A DNA stretch of 62,844 bases, the filler included, from Octopus bimaculoides (lineage: Eukaryota): the NCBI RefSeq assembly GCF_001194135.2. It is 4 parts of 4 records of this genome, joined end to end, with 100 filler letters (N's around TTAATTAATTAA, not from the genome) between each part and the next. Parts side by side here need not be neighbours in the genome. Positions count along the whole stretch, not along the records: positions 28,096 to 46,125 come from NC_068985.1; positions 46,226 to 60,261 come from NC_068987.1; 2 more parts are not named here. One strand, written 5' to 3'. A program made the translations under genes and the position numbers. Below, in pieces: positions 40,437-52,103 of the stretch (position 1 is the first letter of the stretch; every line of letters begins with the position of its first letter). The notes under the pieces were generated by a model. The model was not told the origin of the DNA and searched no databases. It saw only the letters and a program-made list of their open reading frames with translations.

Positions 40437-41249
40437 GTAAGAAGACTTTCTCAATATTTTCATGTATTTTTTTTAGTTAGTTTTTTTTAGTTTGTATTTC
40501 AAAGGACGAGCGAAACAGAAAGTTGTGATATAATGTTTTATTCAAACGGAGAATCGAAACCTAACTTTGAAACAAACTCCCAGCTTTGCTGTTTGGTAGT
40601 TTCATACATTACGTGACGGTCACTTATAAGTGACTGTCACATAATACACACACTGGAGACAATTTCTTTGCAATTTACCTTGAGGATTCCAGCTTTTAGC
40701 ATAGTATCCATCTGACAATAACAAACGAAGGTAAGTTAAACCAAAATCCAAAATGCATTGTTACTTCACAGATATGTAATCCACTTTCACGTATCTGGAT
40801 TTTTTTCGGTTTGACGTACTTCTTCCAGTTTTATTGAAAATTTATACATAGAAGTATTATTGAGCTGTAAATTTCAAGTAGAAAAATCACATTTTTGGGA
40901 TGGGTGGGTAGCTGGGTGGGGGAAGAATTGAATAATAATAAAAAAAATCATTAAATTATTTTCAATTATTAAAGAAAATTTTGTAATTTTAGCCGATTAG
41001 ATTCAGCCATTCGCTTCACGCCATCAGGATGTTGTGGAAGCCCTGTTTTTTTGTTTCCGATGTGCAGAAATGAAATCCACAAGTTGAAATTTTTCGAGAA
41101 ATTGGTAAATATTTAAAGATATCGCTAATAATTTTAAAATGAACATATTTAATGAAAGAAAATGAAAGAGAACAATAAGTTAACGTTCGTACCAAAATTT
41201 TGCAATGTACCACAAACCCAATCTTAAACTCTATCCCTAAACGTTCAAA

Positions 41250-41825
41250 TTACAGCGAAGTCGACTTTGCTTTTCATCCTTTCGGGGTCGATAAATGAAG
41301 TACCAGTGAAACACTGGGGTCGATGTAATCGACTAATCCTCCCACCAATTTCAGGCCTTGTACCTTTAGTAGAAAGAATTGTAAATAATTTTTACGGTGG
41401 CGAGCTGGTGGAAATGTTAACACACCGGGTAAGAGGCTTAATAGAATTTCATCCGGCTTCACGTTCTGCGTTCAAATTCGGCCAAGGTTGACTTTGTCTT
41501 TCATCCTTTCGGGGTCTATTAAATAAGTACCAGTTGAGTACAGGGGTCGGTGTAATCGACTTATCCCTTCCACTGAAATTGCTGGCCTTGTTCTAAAATT
41601 TTAAACGATTATTAATACTTTCTCAAAAGCCACGTGCTGGCAAAATCGTTAGCACGCCGGACAAACATTTTGTCTTTTCGTTCTGAGTTCAAATTCCACC
41701 CAGGTCAACTTTGCCTTACACCCTTTCGAGGTCGATAAAATAAATACCAGTGAATTACTGGGGTCGGTGTAATCGACAAACTCCTTCTCACAAAATTTCA
41801 GCCCTTGTTCCTAAAGTAGAAAGGA
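41250..41825 (+). mobile_element. Three tandem same-strand SINE copies
   Basis: gtcgactttgc.tttcatcctttcggggtcgataaa core at ~41260, ~41490 and ~41705. Confidence 0.8.
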
Positions 41826-42254
41826 TTACTATTACTTTCTCCAAAAACTGTTCTAATTTTCGTAATTACCATGAAAAACTACACATGTCTAGAGATTTCA
41901 TTAAAATTGGAAGCAGTAACTCAAACCAAAAAATGTTCACATATCTTATTTCTGCTGGAAACATCGCTTTAATTAAAAACATGTGAATACTCAAAACTAC
42001 TATAACAGGTAGTAAAATTACAATCAAAATTATACAAGTGGCATTGCAAGGTGATTTATAAATATGTGGTAAAGGAAAGACAATACCTATCAATAACTAA
42101 GATTATTTTATTTCTACAGGTAATAGAGATGTTTAGAACGTATCTCGTTCTAATCAGATTTCTCAGCACTTGCCAAATAAAGATAAAATAGTACAATAAT
42201 GTTCACAAGCAAATTAAGAAATATAGTTAAATTTTGCAGTACGTATCCTGTGTA

Positions 42255-42327
42255 AGGGAATTAGCTCAAATAATAGTGTGCTCATTTAACATGCGAGAGG
42301 TATTGGGTTCAATACCCGTATTCTCCG
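42255..42327 (+). pseudogene. tRNA-Ala(AGC)-derived pseudogene, anticodon now AAC
   Basis: 73 nt colinear with metazoan tRNA-Ala GGGGAATTAGCTCAAATGGTAGAGCGCTCGCTTAGCATGCGAGAGG...ATTCTCCA; D-loop GG lost, stem mismatches. Confidence 0.85.
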
Positions 42328-42631
42328 ATCAACCGTGATTTGGTTACTGTGCTCTTTTCCGAATTACTTTTTATTCGTAGCTGTCATATGACAGAAAATA
42401 CGCGTCCTTTGCTGCCCTTGTCTCTCTTTTTGTACAGCGTTGGATATCTCCTGACTGCGCGAAACTAAAATGAAAAGTGTTATAGCTAAAACTATCCCGT
42501 ATTTACTCAGATATAGTGTGTCTATGACTACATTATCCAGTGAGAACTGTTTATTTTTTCAAGACGGTTGAATGAATTTTGATGGAACAAGAAAAAAAAA
42601 AAAGTAAAAGAATCAACACTCCTTTTCGAGC

Positions 42632-42830
42632 CACAGACACATAAGGCTGGTTTCCCGGATTCTGTGGTGTATATATTCCTGCTTGGACGGGACGCTGGTC
42701 CGTCGCAGGATTACTCATTTTTACCAGGTGACTGAACTGAAACAAAGTGAAATTAAGCGTTTTTCTCAAGAGCACAACACATCGCCAGGTTTGGGAATCG
42801 AAACCGTAATCATACGATCAAGAGTGTAAC
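42632..42830 (-). mobile_element. SINE (family of 28545)
   Basis: gacgggacgctggtccgtcgcaggattactcattttt...gaatcgaaacc. Confidence 0.7.
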
Positions 42831-43242
42831 ATCATCATTAAATCACAAAGGATCAAGCCGAGGCTTCGTTACGTAGTCAACGTCCATAGTTGATACTAAA
42901 ACATGTTAATGACGGTAAGTTGAAGTTTGAGGAAGATTAAGTTGCTATTTTTAGCCTGTCGAGCGACAATATAGTGGCTTTGTGGCAGTATTATGTAGTT
43001 GTTAAATTTTGTAGTTCTTACAATTAGTATTAACGTTATTGGTGGAGAAGTAAACAGTGTAGTAATTAAGACAAAGTCGTTGTCAGCTTTTACTTTCTAA
43101 GAGTTTAATAGTTCAAATATCCAAAGGGCTAATTTTAACATTTATCTCCCTTTTTAGGATAGATAAATTAAATACAACTGTAATAGGACGGTAATCCAGT
43201 TTTTACATATTTTCTTTTCTTTTTATCATTGTGCTTCATAGT

Positions 43243-43289
<47 letters not shown>

Positions 43290-43363
43290 CGTACATACAA
43301 CCATATACATACAAACACATGCATACATGCGTGAATGCATACATACATACGTACATGCATACG

Positions 43364-43395
<32 letters not shown>

Positions 43396-43469
43396 GGACA
43401 TCAATACATACAGCCTGGATATCAAAACCAGAAAGATACTGACCACCTCTGACATTTCCCACGTTAACA

Positions 43470-44190
43470 GTGACACCGATAGTATTTATGTGAGACGAAG
43501 TGATGGCGGTGGAGGCATAAGATTAGTCCAAACAGCTTTTGAATGTTGCATTGTATCACTCAAACACCTGCTGAGCAGTAAAGAAAGAAATGAGTTATCA
43601 GTAAAGAAAGAAATGCTGCTCTCAAAAGTGAGAGCAACAATATCTTCAGAGTTGGAGAGGAACTACTGCGTAGGTACTCTCAGAATACAACTGTCTCATG
43701 CAAACCAAGGAAGCTGGTCTGACCTATCTAAACAGAAGCATGAAGGAGACGCAGGCGTATACCAACAAAAAGGAATGCATGGGTACATATCCCGTAAGCT
43801 AGAGGGCAACAACAGCATTGACAGGAAGAGTAGCCTCTCCTGGACTTGCAATAGATACACTACATCCAATGTAGAAGGATATGCTTTCACTATTCAGGAA
43901 CAGGAAATAGCTGTTAGACACCTGATAAGCAAGAGGGACAAAGATAGCGCCAAACCTTCACGTTGTGATAAAAAATGTCAGCTCTGCTATACCAGTGTGG
44001 AAGACACCATTCACATCATCAGCAGCTGCCCCGAAATATCTGCTAGATACTACTTGCCGCTGAAGCATGATATAGTTGCAAAACTAATTAAAATGCTTTC
44101 TGTAGGAAGGACTGCCCTGATATGTACATCAAAGACATGTCGGAACAAGTAGGTATTCACACCTTTTAAAAACAAGAAATACTGGTGGAC
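43470..44190 (+). mobile_element. RLE non-LTR element (R4/Dong-like, second family) ORF fragment between (TACA)n tracts
   Basis: 220-aa ORF: RRSDGGGGIRL, FTIQEQEI, KCQLCYTSVEDTIHIISSC knuckle, YYLPLKHDIVAK. Confidence 0.82.
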
Positions 44191-44270
44191 CACCCATACA
44201 TACGTACAAACATAGGTACGTACGTATGTATGTATGTATGTATGTATGTATGTACATATGAATGTATGTA

Positions 44271-44323
<53 letters not shown>

Positions 44324-45043
44324 GTCTGTCTGTCTATCTATAAATATATNNNNNNNNNNNNNNNNNNNNNNNNNNNNNNNNNNNNNNNNNNNNNNNNNNN
44401 NNNNNNNNNNNNNNNNNNNNNNNNNNNNNNNNNNNNNNNNNNNNNNNNNNNNNNNNNNNNNNNNNNNNNNNNNNNNNNNNNNNNNNNNNNNNNNNNNNNN
44501 NNNNNNNNNNNNNNNNNNNNNNNNNNNNNNNNNNNNNNNNNNNNNNNNNNNNNNNNNNNNNNNNNNNNNNNNNNNNNNNNNNNNNNNNNNNNNNNNNNNN
44601 NNNNNNNNNNNNNNNNNNNNNNNNNNNNNNNNNNNNNNNNNNNNNNNNNNNNNNNNNNNNNNNNNNNNNNNNNNNNNNNNNNNNNNNNNNNNNNNNNNNN
44701 NNNNNNNNNNNNNNNNNNNNNNNNNNNNNNNNNNNNNNNNNNNNNNNNNNNNNNNNNNNNNNNNNNNNNNNNNNNNNNNNNNNNNNNNNNNNNNNNNNNN
44801 NNNNNNNNNNNNNNNNNNNNNNNNNNNNNNNNNNNNNNNNNNNNNNNNNNNNNNNNNNNNNNNNNNNNNNNNNNNNNNNNNNNNNNNNNNNNNNNNNNNN
44901 NNNNNNNNNNNNNNNNNNNNNNNNNNNNNNNAGAGAGAGAGAGAGAAACAGAGAGAGAGGAGAGGGACAGTCCCGTAACAGAGTTTGGATACTACACCTT
45001 AAAGTCTCTTACCTAAACTTTAATTTTAAATACAACTTATATA

Positions 45044-46125
45044 TTTTGGGTCATCCAATAAATAATGCGATTTTTCCAATTGCATGAATTAAAAGTCGGA
45101 GGTGGACGGGATAAACTACCTGCATCAACTTGCTATAAAAGTAGGTACTAATTTTACCTTGTACTTATTCTTAGTGCAAGTTTTGAAGAGTGCAGTTCGA
45201 TTTTAACAGTTATTTTTACAGAGCAATAATAGAAGTGACAAAGGAGCATATTTGGCATATTTTGCTTTAAATAAAGGTAACAATACAACGGAAAGTGCAA
45301 GGAATATTGATGCAGTATATGGGGATCGGACAATAAGCGTAAGCCAGTGTCAACGGTAGTTCCAGAAATTCCGAGCCAAAAACTACAGCCTCAAAGACGA
45401 GCCACGTCCTTGAAGATCTGAAGAGCTTGACGAGGGCGTTCTGAAAACCCTGATGGAACAAAATGCCATCATAATAGTTGAGGAACTAGCAAAGAAGCTT
45501 GGATTTGGTCATTCAACCTTTCATCGACACTTGTGTGCCATCGGAAAAGTCAGCAAATAGGGTCAATGCGTTCCTCACAAACCTTCCGAGTCTAATCGCG
45601 CGCAGAGAGTGAATGTGTGCTCTTCTTTGCTGTCACTACTCCCGAATGAACCTTTTGTGGACCGAATAGTGACTGGTGACGAGGAATGGGTTCTCTATAA
45701 AAATGTCAAGACAGTGAGTAGAGAAAGGAGAAACACCGGCACCCCAGGCTAAAGAAGGTCTTTACTCATGTAAGGCGTTGTTATCTGTTTGGTGGGATAT
45801 GAAAGGTTTAGTCCACTTTGAACTTTTAAACCCAAACCAAACGATAACGAAGGAAATCTACTGCGAGCAGTTTGAGCGGCTTAAGTCAGTGCTAGAAGAA
45901 AAACGACCATCTATAGTTTTAAGACGAAAGGTGTTCTTCCATCAGAATAATGCTCGGCCACATACAGCGAGGAAGGATTCCAAGGGCCGGAGCAGTTTGA
46001 ATGAGAAACGATGTCCCGCCCACCATATTTGCCGCAAATTATTCCATTTGATTATCATTTATTTCGTATTCTTCAAAATCATTTGAACGGAAAAAATATG
46101 AATTCTGTAGATGAGGTCAGAAGAG
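45044..46125 (+). mobile_element. Mariner (DD34D) pseudogene, right end lost at scaffold join
   Basis: Left TIR TA-ttttgggtcatccaataaataatgcg; WFQKFR-like, RIVTGDEEW, LLSVWWD, FHQNNARPH, FDYHLFR motifs with stops. Confidence 0.9.
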
Positions 46126-46169
46126 NNNNNNNNNNNNNNNNNNNNNNNNNNNNNNNNNNNNNNNNNNNN

Positions 46170-46181
46170 TTAATTAATTAA
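46170..46181. other. Artificial scaffold-join linker
   Basis: 44 N + TTAATTAATTAA + 44 N. Confidence 0.95.
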
Positions 46182-46420
46182 NNNNNNNNNNNNNNNNNNN
46201 NNNNNNNNNNNNNNNNNNNNNNNNNAAAAAAGAAAGAAGAAAGAATGAAAAAGAATGAAATAAATAATTAAACAAACAAGCAAGGACTATCTTACTGTAC
46301 ATTAGCTCAGGCAATGATTTTATGATCGTCCGTGGCTTGTGAAACCATTATTCTATTATAATTTCGAACTAGAAAAATTGAAAAAACTAACAAAAGCTAA
46401 TGAAATATCAATGTACAAAC

Positions 46421-46545
46421 CGTCGTATGCTTTGAGGTATGAGTTCTCACAACCTTCAGCCGAGTTGAATGATGATACAATAATTGAAACCTTAATTATG
46501 TGATTCTTATTTAGAGTTCCAATCAACCAGTAGCATGACATAGCT
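46421..46545 (-). CDS. CUB-domain gene exon 5 of the 5 found (CUB2 middle): (R)AMSCYWLIGTLNKNHIIKVSIIVSSFNSAEGCENSYLKAYD(G)
   Basis: Acceptor ttcttttcttctttcAG, donor GTttgt, 125 nt phase 2-1, same size and phase as the CUB1 middle exon; CxWxI and C..Y(L)..YDG motifs. Confidence 0.9.
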
Positions 46546-46968
46546 CTGAAAGAAGAAAAGAAATGTATAATTTTTTCATACAGTGACACATCACCGAGTC
46601 TTAAAATTTTGTATGCTTACTGACTCTGTACTTGTAGTAAATGTAGCAGGGTTGTTGTATACATTGATCAAAGCACTACATTATGAGATGATAAACGTCG
46701 TGCGTTACCAAAACACCACTATAGTAATTATCATTCTACATTGCATGCTCATTACTAACAACATCCTTACCACAATCACACCAACTTCAAAGAAAAAAAT
46801 CATTCATTGCAATGGCGTGTGATTAATAATTAGGTTATGGAGCTATCATATCGCGAGAAACTATAAGCATGCTATCTTCCACTATAGCCCCGAGTTGACC
46901 AATAGCATTTGGATGATAGTTGTATGAATATATGTATATATACATGTACGCATTCATGGATGTGTGTA

Positions 46969-47008
<40 letters not shown>

Positions 47009-47500
47009 NNNNNNNNNNNNNNNNNNNNNNNNNNNNNNNNNNNNNNNNNNNNNNNNNNNNNNNNNNNNNNNNNNNNNNNNNNNNNNNNNNNNNNNNNNNN
47101 NNNNNNNNNNNNNNNNNNNNNNNNNNNNNNNNNNNNNNNNNNNNNNNNNNNNNNNNNNNNNNNNNNNNNNNNNNNNNNNNNNNNNNNNNNNNNNNNNNNN
47201 NNNNNNNNNNNNNNNNNNNNNNNNNNNNNNNNNNNNNNNNNNNNNNNNNNNNNNNNNNNNNNNNNNNNNNNNNNNNNNNNNNNNNNNNNNNNNNNNNNNN
47301 NNNNNNNNNNNNNNNNNNNNNNNNNNNNNNNNNNNNNNNNNNNNNNNNNNNNNNNNNNNNNNNNNNNNNNNNNNNNNNNNNNNNNNNNNNNNNNNNNNNN
47401 NNNNNNNNNNNNNNNNNNNNNNNNNNNNNNNNNNNNNNNNNNNNNNNNNNNNNNNNNNNNNNNNNNNNNNNNNNNNNNNNNNNNNNNNNNNNNNNNNNNN

Positions 47501-48692
47501 AATACGTAAAATTTGGTGGTGTTTACATTGTAGATGTAGATAGCCGAGGATCGTCGATGTCAGCATAATCAACTGATTCCGGCAGTTCTCGTTGTTGTTC
47601 GTTGCATTTAAAAAACTGGCCAAGAGTGCATTGAACTGTCTCCTTTTCGTCAAGAATTGCGTTATAAGTAGCAAAAGCTTCGTGGCAAGCCCCCGTTAAC
47701 TTGGAAAAGCGTTGAGCATTTCGATCCATAGCTTTGAACATAGCAAGACCTTTTTCGATGTGTGCAAATGCTTGCTGCATTTTCTTAATGGTGAAGTGGT
47801 GTGGCACAGGTTCGACTTGCTCTTCTTTATTTTGTTACTCGTTTTCTTCGATTATCTTCTTCAATGTCGCAGGAAATTCCACTGCTGCGTGTTCGCCAAC
47901 TGATGCGCTTACACCTTGCTTCTTAAGGAAGTAATAATTTCTCTGGTTTTTAAATCTCATAAATCATCTGATTTGCCTTGAACTCTAGATCTTTCTTCAG
48001 GTCCTATCAATCCAAATAAATAGAAGACTTTCCATTTCTTCAAAGATTTTGCCTCTTGTTGATGACAGTGTTCTTCATCCTTGGGGCTTCAAATGTTGAT
48101 GTGTATAAAATTCTTATCCTTATAGGCACAATCGCCAACTTTTTCACCTTTATCATGATATTTTATCATCACCAACTTATCTTCCAGCGTTATAGCGTGA
48201 CGCTTAGCACTTTCACGAGGAATTTTCTTAGGAGGCAAAAATTGAAGTTGCAAATGAATGTGAATGAGAGAATATAAACGATAAACAGATGTAAACAAAA
48301 TTGAATTCAAAACAATCGCGGGAATCACGACGATGCCTAACGGTAGATATTTGAACTACCAGTGCAATATGAGTTCCGAAAGACAGGTAAGTAAAACAAT
48401 ACCGCTGATTTCATGCTTCAGTGACCTAGGTTACACTACTTTATGGTGTATAGTTTAGCATTTACTGTATTTCAATATGATTTTATATGCTTTTATTCTT
48501 ATTTATTGTAACATGATTTTACATGCTTTTAATGTTTTTTAGCATTTTTACGATTCCAATATTATTGGCGGACCGACGCAAAGTCGAGTAAAACGACTTA
48601 ATTTGATTGTTATTTTCCATATATTATTTTTGAAAACTGACGTATCTTCGAGAACGACATTAGTTGAAACAACTTAAGCCGAGGTAGCCCTG
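47501..48692 (-). mobile_element. Tigger/pogo-like DNA transposon, internally deleted
   Basis: TA-cagggctacctcg 5' TIR; N-terminal KRHAITLEDKL; C-terminal FTIKKMQQAFAHIEKGLAMF..MDRNAQRF..ILDEKETVQCTLGQFFK; other end in gap. Confidence 0.82.
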
Positions 48693-49826
48693 TAGCGACG
48701 GGGGAAATACCATTAACGTCCAGCGTGTTAACAATGTTATCAGCTCGCCGCCTTAACGAGTAATCTAAAAGTGATGTTTATTTTTAAGGCAAGTGTTACT
48801 GTCCACAGTAGCGAGGCAAGGACTCTCGGTGTCCGAGAGCATTGGCAGTTTTTACGTCACAGTATTTAAGTCCCACACGCCAAGTACTTATCTACATCTC
48901 AGAGCACCTAAACTTCTAGGTTTTTCACCAGTCTCTCCTTTGGATTTTAAAACAACCCAAATTATTAAAAAGGAAAGGACACATACATGATAACGTAGTC
49001 CTAGGGAAGAAAAAAAGCGTGAGGATTATAGTTACTACATCTCTGATCGATCAGGTTTGAATTGTAGTTAAAGAACAAAATCTGTTGTGCATATTCAAAT
49101 AAAAAGAAAGGAGAAAAGAAAGAATGAAGGAAAGGACGGGAAAAAAAAAAGAGACGCCATTCTTAATATGACTGATCAGGTTGGTTAAGTAGAACGTAAG
49201 TTCTCGAAGATATAGGTGAAATGATGACAACCTAAGTCATGTAACCATCTTCTCTCCGTTTAGCTCCACAATAGCTTTGTAGTTCTTTAGCAGAAAATCT
49301 CAAATCTAAAACCCTGCAAAATCCATGTTTTTCGAGTGAGAGAAAGGTCACAGATAGGTATAATGCGTCACAGAAAATTTTGCATCCTTCACACCAGACC
49401 CGGGAGCGGTTGATTCACCTTCTCGGTCACTACTTGCTATGCTCCTGACAGTACATTAAGATTGTTCCGGTGCATGCTCAGTGTTTATATGGTCCTATTT
49501 CTTCAACTTCATGAAGAAGAAGGACTTGAAACAGGAAGGAAGTGAAAACTTAAACAATCCCATTTCTGACCAGAATAAAATAGGATAAGCATTATTTTTT
49601 TACTTGCAGAAACAACCACAGCTAATACAGTGAAGAATGTCATTGTAGCTACTTGATTTAAGTGTACAAGTGTACGGGGTCAATAGGTTTGTAATATGCT
49701 TTGGTGCAGTGATAAGCACTACTATCCTGTGTGCAACTGACAAAGCGTTCAAATACCGCTAGCAGTATTACAACTTTTTCCATCATCTTCTTCACACATA
49801 CATGTATGTATGTGTGTATGTATGTT

Positions 49827-49864
<38 letters not shown>

Positions 49865-50037
49865 TTTCAAACAATTATTAAGACTACAGAGACAGGTACA
49901 TCATCAAATTTTTTTCTTTTAATTTTACAGTTTGTCGTATAGCATAATTATTCGGTTACAATGACCGACTCGTGTTTCTGAGAGCTAACACAGTACGCGC
50001 CAGGATAGTTTTATCCCTATACACTCACATTATATAT

Positions 50038-50450
50038 TGTTCTAAACGAGAATCCTGTTATGTAGAAAATAAGTGTAAGACTAAAAATGTAATATATAGA
50101 TGTAAAGTTACATCTGAGGGTAAGGAATTCTTTTACATCGGTGGGGCATGATTAATTTTCAAGAGGAGACTGGCAAATCATTTGAGTTCATTTAAGGACA
50201 AAAGTAAAAGGTTCCAAATGAGTCTTAGCAAATTAATATGTTCTTTTAAGGCAGTAACAAAGACTATATTATTAATTGGGAATTAATTTGTACTGCAAAA
50301 CCATACAGACCTGGAACCAATACATGTGACTTATGTTCAGAAGAATCTTACCTGATTTTTACATCCAAGGGTAATGTAATAAGTTCTAGACAGGAACAAG
50401 CACTGAGGCACTTGCACGGGAAGAGACCCACATTTGCCAAGTATAAATGA
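50038..50450 (+). mobile_element. Penelope-like element GIY-YIG endonuclease remnant
   Basis: CSKRESCYVENKCKTKNVIYRCKV..FFYIGGA*LIFKRRLANHLSSF, one frameshift, then INWELICTAKPYRPGTNTCDLCSEE..R.E..RH.H. Confidence 0.85.
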
Positions 50451-50873
50451 ATAGTTATCATTTAAACAATAGAGGGTTTTGAAACAATGGACTTAAAATG
50501 ATTATCCAATAAAAACCTGAAATGCAGATTGTTTGCGTCTAACTTAACGGACAACTCTACATTATACAACGCGGGGTAGATAAAAGAAAATCTTCAAACG
50601 GCCAAATCAGAGGATATCAAATAAAGATCCTGAAGAAACTACACCTGTTTTATAGTAGGGTTGGTCTATGTAAGGCGGTATATAAGTTAAAGAATTAAAT
50701 GTAATGCTACGCAACTTCGTAGTAATCCTTGTTATTAATATTGTTAATATATATGTATAAAGAATCTTGCAAACCAAATCCCAAAACGAAATGTATATAT
50801 ATATATAGTCCTCACGTTGTTGTTTTTGTTGTTGTTTTTTCTCTTTTTCCATTTTTTGAACTTATATATATAT

Positions 50874-51017
50874 TGATTTCTCCGTATTCTTTCTGTTGAA
50901 GAGCGTAGCTCGAAACGTTAAAGACTTTCTGTATTCCCGAGCGTTAAGCTAATACATCCTTTTGTTGTTTACACCACCTGTCCTCGTCTGTTGTTGTTTT
51001 GTTCCGTAAATTCTACC
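50874..51017 (+). mobile_element. 144-bp non-autonomous element flanked by (AT)n on both sides, carrying a hammerhead variant
   Basis: (TA)n at 50863-73 and from 51018; hammerhead fold at 50888-50924. Confidence 0.6.
50888..50924 (+). ncRNA. Minimal hammerhead variant (CUGUUGA core, extra A, GUU site)
   Basis: Stem I UCUUU/AAAGA (5 bp); CUGUUGA; A50900; stem II GAGC-GUA-GCUC; GAAA; CG; UU. Confidence 0.6.
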
Positions 51018-51399
51018 ATATATATATATATATATATATATATANNNNNNNNNNNNNNNNNNNNNNNNNNNNNNNNNNNNNNNNNNNNNNNNNNNNNNNN
51101 NNNNNNNNNNNNNNNNNNNNNNNNNNNNNNNNNNNNNNNNNNNNNNNNNNNNNNNNNNNNNNNNNNNNNNNNNNNNNNNNNNNNNNNNNNNNNNNNNNNN
51201 NNNNNNNNNNNNNNNNNNNNNNNNNNNNNNNNNNNNNNNNNNNNNNNNNNNNNNNNNNNNNNNNNNNNNNNNNNNNNNNNNNNNNNNNNNNNNNNNNNNA
51301 AAAAAAAAAAAAACTGAAAAATGAATAAGGAAGAGAGGAAGATAAAAGAAAAGGAGGGAACCAACAAGTATCTCGAATTTAAATCCTGTTTGGTTTCAA

Positions 51400-51590
51400 A
51401 GTTTCGCACAAGGCCAGCAATTCCGGAGAGGGGATAAGTCGATTACATCGACTCTAGTATTCAACTGGTACTTATTTTATCGACCCCTAAAGGATGAAAG
51501 GTAAAGTCGACCTCGGCAACATTTGAATTCAGAACGGAGAGACGGACGAAAAGTGCTAAGCATTTTGTCCGGTGTGCTAAGGTTTCTACT
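51400..51590 (-). mobile_element. SINE
   Basis: ggatgaaaggtaaagtcgacctcggcaacatttgaattcagaac (rc of family core). Confidence 0.75.
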
Positions 51591-52103
51591 AAATCCTGTA
51601 TATATTAAATGATGTCTCTCACTAGATGGAGTACTTTTTTTATATCCATCAAAAACTGAGCAATAAATTATACTTATATGCGTGTGCATACACTCGAGCA
51701 TGCAAATATATTTTTCTTCGTTCTAAATATCTGTTTAGATATCAATTCCCGATGAACTTTGCGATAATTATTACATAAATATCACCATGGAAACATCTAT
51801 CCTACTTTTAAATATGTGTACGCGCGTGTGTGAGTGTGAGTGTGTGTGTGCGTGTGTGCGTGTGTTAGTGTGTGTGCGCGTGCATGTGTGTGTGCGTGTG
51901 TGATGTTTGGGGCTTCGTACGCGTGGAAGAACTCAATAAATGTAGTGGAACCAGTTTATGACTAACTCTGTCCTTATGCAACTTCCGAACACGTGCAGTC
52001 ATTTAGATAACACATTTCTTCTTTCTGGGTCACCCTGAAAGACCACTCATTGAAGGAAACGCTAAGTAACAACTTCATGAATCATCAGCTGATTACAAGC
52101 ATC

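Noticed and set aside
42119-42190. VIEMFRTYL after a strong acceptor as the next gelsolin exon
   Set aside because: Lacks the QxxES motif, diverges at once and reaches a stop without a credible donor
51985-52034. VTQKEEMCYLNDC resembling a TSP1 C-terminus
   Set aside because: Would interrupt CUB2 between exons 4 and 5, which already join in frame; weak donor
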